A DNA stretch of 64,000 bases, taken from the NCBI RefSeq assembly GCF_000006765.1, contig NC_002516.2; one strand, written 5' to 3'. This DNA is from Pseudomonas aeruginosa PAO1 (lineage in GTDB: Bacteria > Pseudomonadota > Gammaproteobacteria > Pseudomonadales > Pseudomonadaceae). Positions 54,016 through 61,879 of the stretch are shown here, piece by piece. Below the pieces are notes generated by a model, which saw nothing but the letters and a program-made list of their open reading frames with translations, did no database searches and was not told where the DNA came from. How positions within the stretch are numbered: position 1 is the stretch's first letter; every line of letters begins with the position of its first letter. A program made the translations under genes and the position numbers.

Positions 54016-55099
54016 CGAACTCGTCCGGCTTGTGGCCCTGGTCCATGCTGCCGGGACCGCAGATCACCGCCGGGATACCGGCCTGGTGGAACAGCCCGCC
54101 CTCGGTGCCGAAGGCCACGGTGGAGAAATCCGTCGAACCGCTGAGCAGGCCGATCAGCTCCGCCGCCTGGCTGTCGTCTGCGGTGAGCAGGCCGGGATAG
54201 GCCGATAGCGGCGTGAAGCGGATATCGGTACTTCGCTCCACCGCGCGCATCCGCGGCAGCAGTTCGCTTTCGGCATAGTCGCGGAGTTCCTCGGCGACCT
54301 GCCGCGGGTCGTCCGCCGGCAGCGCGCGGACCTCGAAGTCGAAGCGGCACTCGGCGGGCACGATGTTCAGCGCCCGGCCGCCCTGGATCAGTCCGGTCTG
54401 CACCGTCGAGTAGGGCGGGTCGAAACGCCGGTCGTGGCGCTCCGGCACCGCCAGGCGCGCGCCGATCTCGCCGAGGCGGCCGATCAGCCGCGCGGCGTAT
54501 TCGATGGCATTCACCCCCTGCGGCGCGTAGGCCGAATGGCAGGCCGCGCCGTGCACCTCGCAGCGCATGGCCAGCTTGCCCTTGTGGCCGAGCACCGGCT
54601 TCAGCTCGGTGGGCTCGCCGATGATGCACAGCAACGGCTTGTGCGGACGCCGCTCCAGCGCCGCGAGCAGCGAACGGACGCCCAGGCAGCCGACTTCCTC
54701 GTCGTAGGAGAACGCCAGGTGCACCGGCAGGCGCAACGGCGCGGCGAGGAACGCCGGGACGGCCGCCAGCACGCAGGCCAGGTAGCCCTTCATGTCCGCC
54801 GTGCCACGCCCGTAGAGGCGGCCATCGCGCTCGCTGAGCCGGAACGGCGGCACGCTCCAGGCCTGGCCGTCCGCCGGCACCACGTCGGTATGCCCGGAAA
54901 GGCAGACGCCGCCACGGTCGCTGGGGCCGATGGTGGCATAGAGATTGGCCTTGCGGCCGTCGGCGTCGAAGAACAGTTCGCTGTCGACGCCGAAACCCGC
55001 CAGGTAGTCGCGGACGTAGTCGATCAGCGCCAGGTTGGACTCGCGGCTGACGGTGTCGAAGGCCACCAGGTCGGCGAGGATGTCGCGGCTGCCGGGCAT
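53945..55099 (-). CDS. M20 amidohydrolase (ArgE-like)
   Basis: LSGHTDVVP, GRGTADMKG, YDEEVGC, IIGEPT, FGTEGG and QGHKPDE motifs. Confidence 0.9.
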   Translation of the reverse strand: MPGSRDILADLVAFDTVSRESNLALIDYVRDYLAGFGVDSELFFDADGRKANLYATIGPSDRGGVCLSGHTDVVPADGQAWSVPPFRLSERDGRLYGRGTADMKGYLACVLAAVPAFLAAPLRLPVHLAFSYDEEVGCLGVRSLLAALERRPHKPLLCIIGEPTELKPVLGHKGKLAMRCEVHGAACHSAYAPQGVNAIEYAARLIGRLGEIGARLAVPERHDRRFDPPYSTVQTGLIQGGRALNIVPAECRFDFEVRALPADDPRQVAEELRDYAESELLPRMRAVERSTDIRFTPLSAYPGLLTADDSQAAELIGLLSGSTDFSTVAFGTEGGLFHQAGIPAVICGPGSMDQGHKPDEFVSLAQLEACDALLARLAAWLREP

Positions 55100-55155
55100 G
55101 TCGGGCTCCAGGGCGCAGGTCTCGCGCTGCGCCGTCGAGGAAGGGAACGACCCGC

Positions 55156-55830
55156 TCACTCGTCGCCGGGCACGCCGTAGCTCGGCGCACGGGTCGGGTC
55201 GAGGGCGCGGGTCACATAGTCCTGCATCTGCGGCTTGTAGGCGAGCCACAGTCGCTCGAGCTGGCCGATGGGGTCGTGCTCGGCCCAGTCGACGCGCAGG
55301 TCGACCACCGGCCAGAGCAGGTCGCCGACCACCGACAGCGCCGCCGAATGCACCGGCCCGGCTTCGCCACCAGCGGCCAGCGCGGCACGCATCGCCGCCA
55401 GCAGGCGCTCGGCGAGCAGGCCTTCGGCGTTCTCGAAGGCATCCACCATCGCCTCGATCACTTCCGGCGCGGCCAGCAGGTTGCCGGCCGCCACGCATTG
55501 TTCGCCGGCCCGCGCATGGTGGACGCCAAGCGCCTCGCGGCCGGTGAACAACGCGGTGCGGCCGTGCTGGTCGATCACCGTGACCTGGCGATACTGGCCA
55601 TAGCCGTTGCTGCTCAGCGCCTGGTCCAGCGCTTCGCCAGGGGCCAGGCCCTGGTCGAGGCGGTCGAGGATCTGCGGGCCGAGCGCCGGCAGGGTGATGT
55701 TCTGCGTAGCCACCGCGCCGGTGCCGGCGCGCAGCCAGGGACAACGGGCGCCGACGGCGATGCTCGACGAGCTGATGGCGATGCCCAGCTGGCCGGTTTC
55801 GGCGCAGCGGCCGACGATGGAAAAGGTCAT
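55156..55830 (-). CDS. DUF1028-family protein (Ntn-hydrolase-like)
   Basis: N-terminal MTFSIVG, GAVATQ, YRQV, AAGNLL and AGGEAG...SAAL, VDLRVD. Confidence 0.8.
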   Translation of the reverse strand: MTFSIVGRCAETGQLGIAISSSSIAVGARCPWLRAGTGAVATQNITLPALGPQILDRLDQGLAPGEALDQALSSNGYGQYRQVTVIDQHGRTALFTGREALGVHHARAGEQCVAAGNLLAAPEVIEAMVDAFENAEGLLAERLLAAMRAALAAGGEAGPVHSAALSVVGDLLWPVVDLRVDWAEHDPIGQLERLWLAYKPQMQDYVTRALDPTRAPSYGVPGDE

Positions 55831-55843
55831 GGCGCGCGCCTCC

Positions 55844-56266
55844 TCATTGCTGCCAGTCGTCGGGAATCACCGCGATCACGTCGATCTCCATCAGCCACTG
55901 CGGCTGGCCGAGGGCCGAGACCACCAGTCCGGTGGAGATCGGGAACACCCCTTTGAGCCACTTGCCGACTTCGCGATAGACCGGCTCGCGGTAGCGCGGA
56001 TCGATCAGGTAGGTGGTGGTCTTGACGATGTGCGAGAGGTCGCTGCCGGCTTCCTCAAGCAGTTGCTTGACGTTCTTCATCGCCTGCTCGGCCTGGGCGC
56101 GCGGGTCGCCGAGGCCGACCAGGTTGCCGTCGAAGTCGGTGCCGACCTGGCCGCGCACGTACACCGTGTTGCCGGCGCGCACGGCCTGGCAGAGATCGTT
56201 GTCCAGGGACTGGTTGGGGTAGGTGTCCTTGGTGTTGAACATGCGAATGCGGGTATGGGTAGGCAT
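55844..56266 (-). CDS. Rid (YjgF/UK114) family protein, non-canonical
   Basis: VYVRGQVG, AQAEQAMKNV...LEEAG and WLMEIDVIA. The ATG overlaps the upstream stop (TGATG). Confidence 0.85.
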   Translation of the reverse strand: MPTHTRIRMFNTKDTYPNQSLDNDLCQAVRAGNTVYVRGQVGTDFDGNLVGLGDPRAQAEQAMKNVKQLLEEAGSDLSHIVKTTTYLIDPRYREPVYREVGKWLKGVFPISTGLVVSALGQPQWLMEIDVIAVIPDDWQQ

Positions 56267-57618
56267 CAGCTGACTTCCTGGAGGCTGGTTTGCGGAGCTT
56301 GCGAGGCGCGGTCCTGTTCCTGGCGCTGGGCAGCGTCGCGGTATGCGAGGTACTTGCGCTGGATGGCGATGTGGTCGGCGACATGGCGCGCGTCGTGCCA
56401 GACGCCCCAGATGAACGAGGAGCCGCGCCGCGACAGCCAGGGCAGGCCGATGAAATACACGCCGGGTTCGCTGGACACGCCACGCTGGTGGCGCGGCTTG
56501 CCGTCGCGGTCGAAGGCATCGACCTGCAGCCAGCCGAAGTCGACGGCATAGCCGGTGGCCCAGATGATGCTGCCCACCCCGGCCTCGGCCAGGTCCAGTT
56601 CGAGGATCGGATCGGTCACGCACTGCGGGTCCGGCAGCCGGCGGCGCGCCTCGGGCTCTTCCGGCAGGTCAAGGCCGTTGCGGGCGATATAGGCGTCGGC
56701 GGCGTCGAGCAACGCCAGGTAGTTCTCGTCGCCGCGCGCCAGGTTCTCCGCCAGGTCCGGCCGGAAGGTCGCGACGCCGTCGACGAAGGATTCGGTCAGT
56801 CCGACCAGGGTCACGCCCTGATGCGCCAGGGCGCGGAAGTCCACGGTATGTCCGCCGCGGGCACCGCTCACGGCGATGGTCACATGCTCGCGCCCGGGCT
56901 TGGCGACTTCCGCATCCCATTCGCCGAGCACGCCCAGCCACCAGCAGAAGTCGCGGTTGCGGTAGGAACGCGGCGGACGGTCATGAGCGCCCACCGAGAG
57001 GTAGACCTGGCGCCCGGCACGTTGCAGCTCGTCGGCGATCTGTACCCCCGACGAACCGGCGCCGACCACCAGTACCGCACCTTCGGGCAGCTGCTGCGGG
57101 TTGTAGTAGTGGGCCGAGTGGATCTGCCGGATACGCTCGTCGCGCGGCGCGATCGGCGGGATCACCGGACGCTGGAACGGGCCAGTGGCGGCGACCACGC
57201 GGTTGGCCTCGATGGTCCCTGCGGAGGTGTCCACGGTGAAGCCGGGGCGGCCGACATTGCGCACCACCTTCCTCACCTCGACGCCGGTACGGATCGGCGC
57301 GTCGAATCTCTTCGCGTAGGCCTCGAAATAGGCCGCCACCTGGTCCTTGCCGGGGAAACCGTCGGGATCGATGTCGAATTCCATTCCCGGGAAGCGGTCG
57401 TGCCAGGCCGGGCCGTTGGCCACCAGCGAATCCCAGCGTCCGCTGCGCCAGGCCTCGGCGATGCGGTTGCGCTCCAGGACCAGGTGCGGCACGCCGAGCC
57501 GGCTCAGGTGCTCGCTCATCGCCACGCCGGCCTGGCCGGCGCCGACGACGAGGGTGTCGGTCTTTTCCACGGTCCCGTCCGTGCGCGAGGGCAAGGCGGT
57601 GCGATTCAGGTCGGTCAT
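56266..57618 (-). CDS. Flavin-containing monooxygenase-like NAD(P)/FAD oxidoreductase
   Basis: VVGAGQAG, QIHSAHY, VVGAGSSGVQIA and IWATGY motifs. Confidence 0.85.
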   Translation of the reverse strand: MTDLNRTALPSRTDGTVEKTDTLVVGAGQAGVAMSEHLSRLGVPHLVLERNRIAEAWRSGRWDSLVANGPAWHDRFPGMEFDIDPDGFPGKDQVAAYFEAYAKRFDAPIRTGVEVRKVVRNVGRPGFTVDTSAGTIEANRVVAATGPFQRPVIPPIAPRDERIRQIHSAHYYNPQQLPEGAVLVVGAGSSGVQIADELQRAGRQVYLSVGAHDRPPRSYRNRDFCWWLGVLGEWDAEVAKPGREHVTIAVSGARGGHTVDFRALAHQGVTLVGLTESFVDGVATFRPDLAENLARGDENYLALLDAADAYIARNGLDLPEEPEARRRLPDPQCVTDPILELDLAEAGVGSIIWATGYAVDFGWLQVDAFDRDGKPRHQRGVSSEPGVYFIGLPWLSRRGSSFIWGVWHDARHVADHIAIQRKYLAYRDAAQRQEQDRASQAPQTSLQEVS

Positions 57619-57713
57619 GGCTCGGTTCCTCGGACTCTGGTCGTTCTTGTTCTGCGGTTGCGTGATGGCCGCATTCTGTTCAGAGCCGGGGAATAGCGAA
57701 ATTATGATTTTTG

Positions 57714-57726
57714 TAGTCGCTGGCTA
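57714..57726. promoter_or_regulatory. LysR-type T-N11-A dyad upstream of the monooxygenase operon
   Basis: TAG-TCGCTGG-CTA about 95 bp upstream of the ATG, next to an AT-rich stretch. Confidence 0.4.
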
Positions 57727-57911
57727 GGGAAAAGCTGCACGCCCGCGCGGTCGGCGGGCGGCAGAGGCGTCGCTCAGGACCTGCCGACGAACTGGCGAGC
57801 TGGAGAAACCGGGCGAAAACGAACGGGGAAGCGGAGTCCCCGAACGGCAACCGAGCTTTCCGAAGCCGTTTCCAACGCGGTTTTGCCGACGTACAGAGTT
57901 CGCGAAGGTTT

Positions 57912-59345
57912 TCAGAGGATCGGCGAGACCAGCCGCGCCACGCGCATCCCCAGTTGCTGCAGGCGGCGCACGCTGCGGCGGTCTTCCGGAGTGAATTCGA
58001 GCGACTCGGCGAAGTCCGCCTCGAGCATCGCCTCCACCTCGCCGGCGAAGCCCTCGTCGACGGTCACCACCATCACCTCGAAATTCAGCCGGAACGAACG
58101 GTTGTCCAGGTTGGCGCTGCCGACGGCGGCGGTGTCGCGGTCCACCAGCACCACCTTCTGGTGGAGGAAGCCGGGCTGGTAGCGGAACACCTTGACCCCG
58201 GCACGGATCGCCTCCAGCGCGTAGAGGCTGGACGCGGCATACACCGTGCGGTGGTCCGGGCGCGAGGGTATCAGCAGGCGCACGTCGACGCCGCGCAGCA
58301 CCGCCAGGCGCAGGGCGGCCATCACCGCTTCGTCGGGAACGAAATACGGCGAGGTGATCCAGACCCGCTCGTGGGCGGCGTTGATCATCTCGACGAAGAA
58401 CAGCGAGCAGGTTTCCTGGGCATCCGCCGGACCGCTGGCGACTACCTGGCAGAGCGCGCCCTCGCTGTCGTACTGCGGCGGCAGGATCAGCGGCGGCAGG
58501 CTGTGGGTCGCCCAGTACCAGTCCTCGGCGAAGCTTTCCTGCAGGCACGCCACCGCCGGCCCGCGCAGTTCCATGTGAGTGTCGCGCCAGGGCGCCAGCG
58601 GCGGCTTCTCGCCGAGGTACTCGACGCCGACGTTGTGCCCGCCGACGAAACCGCACTCGCCATCCACCACCACGACCTTGCGGTGGTTGCGGAAATTCAC
58701 CTGGAAGCGGTTGAGCATGCCGCTGCCGGTGCTGAAGCCATGCATCTGCACGCCGCCCTGGCGCAGCCGCTCGACATAGCGGTGCGGCAGCGCGTGGCTG
58801 CCGATGGCGTCATAGAGGAAGAACACCTCGACGCCGTTGGCCGCACGTTCCAGCAGCAGTTGCTGGAGGCGCTGGCCGAGGGCGTCGTCGCGGACGATGA
58901 AGAACTGCACCAGGATCACCTGGCGGGCGGCGGAAATCGCCTTGAACATCGCCTCGAAGCTGGCCTCGCCGTTGACCAGCAGGCGCACCCGGTTGTTCGC
59001 CAGGGTCGGCGTGCGGGTCATCCGCACCAGCGCCTTGAGCCCCTTGTAGCCGCTGACCTGGCGGGCCGCCAGGGCCTCCTCGACCCAGGGACGCCAGTCC
59101 AGCTCGGCGGCCGCCAGGTGCATCTCGCGGTTGGCCTGGCGCCGCGCCTCGATGTAGGCGTCGAAACGGCTGCGACCGAACACCAGGTACGGCAGCAGGG
59201 TCAGGTACGGCATGAATACCAACGAGGTGGCCCAGGCGATCGCGCCCTGGGCGGTGCGCACGGTGAGCACGGCATGGATGGCGGCGACGAAGCCGAGTAC
59301 CTGGATACCGACCAGCAGCAGGCCGAGGTAGGTGGTGGAGGTCAT
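57912..59345 (-). CDS. cls: Cardiolipin synthase (start may be 59345 or 59387)
   Basis: Two HKD motifs ([18 protein letters not shown]) and an N-terminal membrane anchor. Confidence 0.92.
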   Translation of the reverse strand: MTSTTYLGLLLVGIQVLGFVAAIHAVLTVRTAQGAIAWATSLVFMPYLTLLPYLVFGRSRFDAYIEARRQANREMHLAAAELDWRPWVEEALAARQVSGYKGLKALVRMTRTPTLANNRVRLLVNGEASFEAMFKAISAARQVILVQFFIVRDDALGQRLQQLLLERAANGVEVFFLYDAIGSHALPHRYVERLRQGGVQMHGFSTGSGMLNRFQVNFRNHRKVVVVDGECGFVGGHNVGVEYLGEKPPLAPWRDTHMELRGPAVACLQESFAEDWYWATHSLPPLILPPQYDSEGALCQVVASGPADAQETCSLFFVEMINAAHERVWITSPYFVPDEAVMAALRLAVLRGVDVRLLIPSRPDHRTVYAASSLYALEAIRAGVKVFRYQPGFLHQKVVLVDRDTAAVGSANLDNRSFRLNFEVMVVTVDEGFAGEVEAMLEADFAESLEFTPEDRRSVRRLQQLGMRVARLVSPIL

Positions 59346-59537
59346 TGCGCGAGGTCGATCCTTGTCCACTCCGGTGGCGGCCATCATAGCCCTCTCCGGG
59401 GTAGGTCTGGCCAGCCTGGCAAACAGCCAGGGGGCGAGGCGGGATTGGCAGGATCCGTGGGATCGACGTCATTCGGCCGCGCTCGCCCTGCCCTACGCTG
59501 TTCCCATCGAAAACCACCGCAGACCGAGGAGCCCGCC

Positions 59538-60008
59538 ATGAGCGACGTCCGTCCCCCGCTTCCCCCCTTCACCGCCGAAACCGCCGCGCAGAAGGTCCGC
59601 GCCGCCGAGGACGGCTGGAACAGCCGCGACCCGCAGCGCGTCTCGCTGGCCTACAGTCCCGACAGCGTCTGGCGCAATCGCTCGACCTTCGTCCGCGGCC
59701 GCGAGCGGATCGTCGAATTCCTCAGCGGCAAGTGGCAGCGCGAGCAGGAGTACCGGCTGATCAAGGAACTCTGGGCGTTTACCGGCAACCGCATCGCCGT
59801 GCGCTTCGCCTATGAATGGCACGACGACTCGGGCAACTGGTTCCGCTCCTACGGCAACGAGAACTGGGCGTTCGACGAGCAGGGATTGATGTACGAACGT
59901 CACGCCAGCATCAACGACCTGCCGATCCGCGAGGACCAGCGGCTGTTCCGCTGGCTGCTGGGGCGCCGGCCGGACAACCATCCGTCGCTCGGCGAACTCG
60001 GCCTCTGA
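59538..60008 (+). CDS. NTF2/SnoaL-like protein (DUF1348-like)
   Basis: [28 protein letters not shown] and SYGNENW; GAGGAG SD. Confidence 0.8.
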   Translation: MSDVRPPLPPFTAETAAQKVRAAEDGWNSRDPQRVSLAYSPDSVWRNRSTFVRGRERIVEFLSGKWQREQEYRLIKELWAFTGNRIAVRFAYEWHDDSGNWFRSYGNENWAFDEQGLMYERHASINDLPIREDQRLFRWLLGRRPDNHPSLGELGL

Positions 60009-60229
60009 ACCCGCGCCGGCAGGGGCGCGCGCACTCCCCGTTGCCGGCCCCGGGCGGCCAGCGCCTGTTCCATCCGCGACATTGCCCTCCGTCGTTGCGG
60101 TCGCACGCTTGACGCTTTCGGCACGACCCTGGTCGTTTTCGGGCCGGGTCGCGCCGGGCCCCGACGATATGCTGCCCCCAAAGCGTCGGCACAAGTCCCG
60201 GCGCGCCCAGCCTGAAAGGGGTATGCCAG

Positions 60230-61207
60230 ATGAGCCCAGCCGAATTGCACGCCGACAGCATCGTCATCGACGGTCTGATCATCGCCAAGTGGAACCGCGA
60301 ACTGTTCGAGGACATGCGCAAGGGCGGCCTGACCGCCGCCAATTGCACCGTATCGGTATGGGAAGGCTTCCAGGCGACGGTGAACAATATCGCCGCCAGC
60401 AACAAGCTGATCCGCGACAACAGCGACCTGGTGATCCCGGTGCGCAGCACCGCGGACATCCGCAAGGCCAAGGAGCAGGGCAAGACCGGCATCCTCTACG
60501 GTTTCCAGAATGCCCACGCATTCGAGGACCAGATCGGCTACGTCGAGGTGTTCAAGCAGCTCGGCGTGGGCATCGTGCAGATGTGCTACAACACCCAGAA
60601 CCTGGTCGGCACCGGCTGCTACGAGCGTGACGGCGGGCTCTCCGGCTTCGGTCGGGAGATCGTCGCGGAGATGAACCGGGTCGGCATCATGTGCGACCTC
60701 TCCCACGTCGGCAGCAAGACTTCCGAAGAGGTCATCCTCGAATCGAAGAAGCCGGTCTGCTACTCCCACTGCCTGCCGTCCGGCCTCAAGGAACACCCGC
60801 GCAACAAGTCCGACGAGGAGCTGAAGTTCATCGCCGATCATGGCGGCTTCGTCGGTGTGACCATGTTCGCGCCGTTCCTCAAGAAAGGCATCGACTCGAC
60901 CATCGACGACTACGCCGAGGCCATCGAGTACGTGATGAACATCGTCGGCGAGGACGCCATCGGCATCGGCACCGATTTCACCCAGGGCCACGGCCACGAC
61001 TTCTTCGAGTGGCTGACCCACGACAAGGGCTACGCCCGGCGCCTGACCAACTTCGGCAAGATCGTCAACCCGCTGGGCATCCGCACCGTCGGCGAATTCC
61101 CCAACCTCACCGAGACCCTGCTCGAGCGCGGCATGCCCGAGCGCGTGGTGCGCAAGGTGATGGGCGAGAACTGGGTAAGGGTCCTGCGCGACGTCTGGGG
61201 CGAGTAA
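60230..61207 (+). CDS. M19 membrane-dipeptidase-like amidohydrolase of the dgc operon
   Basis: EMNRVGIMCDLSHVG, YSHC and GIGTDF motifs. Confidence 0.85.
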   Translation: MSPAELHADSIVIDGLIIAKWNRELFEDMRKGGLTAANCTVSVWEGFQATVNNIAASNKLIRDNSDLVIPVRSTADIRKAKEQGKTGILYGFQNAHAFEDQIGYVEVFKQLGVGIVQMCYNTQNLVGTGCYERDGGLSGFGREIVAEMNRVGIMCDLSHVGSKTSEEVILESKKPVCYSHCLPSGLKEHPRNKSDEELKFIADHGGFVGVTMFAPFLKKGIDSTIDDYAEAIEYVMNIVGEDAIGIGTDFTQGHGHDFFEWLTHDKGYARRLTNFGKIVNPLGIRTVGEFPNLTETLLERGMPERVVRKVMGENWVRVLRDVWGE

Positions 61208-61272
61208 CTCCCGGCCCACTCCCGACTCGTCGCCTCTTCCTCCAGGGAGGGGCATTGCATCGCACCCATCTT

Positions 61273-61309
61273 CCCTCTCCCCGCCTCTCTCCCTGAAGGG
61301 AGAGAGGGA
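61273..61309. repeat. CCCTCTCCC/GGGAGAGGG-type extragenic palindrome
   Basis: Perfect 10-bp stem CCTCTCTCCC-TGAA-GGGAGAGAGG, preceded by CCCTCTCCCC. Confidence 0.6.
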
Positions 61310-61333
61310 GTCAAAAGAATCGGAGCTTACACC

Positions 61334-61864
61334 ATGGCCAAACATGCCCCCCAACTGCCCATCGAGGTCGACAGCGAGACCGGCGTCTGGACCACCGACG
61401 CCCTGCCGATGCTCTACGTACCGCGACATTTCTTCGTCAACAACCACATGGGCATCGAGGAAGTGCTGGGCGCCGACGCCTACGCCGAGATCCTCTACAA
61501 GGCCGGCTACAAGTCCGCCTGGCACTGGTGCGAGAAGGAAGCCGAATGTCACGGCCTGGAGGGCGTGGCGGTGTTCGAGCACTACATGAAGCGCCTGTCC
61601 CAGCGCGGCTGGGGCCTGTTCGAGATCGAGCGGATCAACCTCGAGGAAGGCACCGCCGAGGTCCGCCTGCGGCACTCCGCCTTCGTCTACGTCTACGGCA
61701 AGGTCAATCGCAAGGTCGATTACATGTTCACCGGCTGGTTCGCCGGCGCCATGGACCAGATCCTCGCCGCCCGCGGCAGCAGCCTGCGCACCGTGGCCGA
61801 ACAGGTCTACAGCGGCGCCGAGGACGGTCACGAAGACGGCCTGTTCGTCGTCAAACCCCTGTAA
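61334..61864 (+). CDS. Stand-alone V4R-domain protein
   Basis: SQRGWGLFEI, GWFAGA and a C-terminal segment typical of 4-vinyl reductase domains. Confidence 0.7.
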   Translation: MAKHAPQLPIEVDSETGVWTTDALPMLYVPRHFFVNNHMGIEEVLGADAYAEILYKAGYKSAWHWCEKEAECHGLEGVAVFEHYMKRLSQRGWGLFEIERINLEEGTAEVRLRHSAFVYVYGKVNRKVDYMFTGWFAGAMDQILAARGSSLRTVAEQVYSGAEDGHEDGLFVVKPL

Positions 61865-61879
61865 GCCGAGGAAAGGGTC

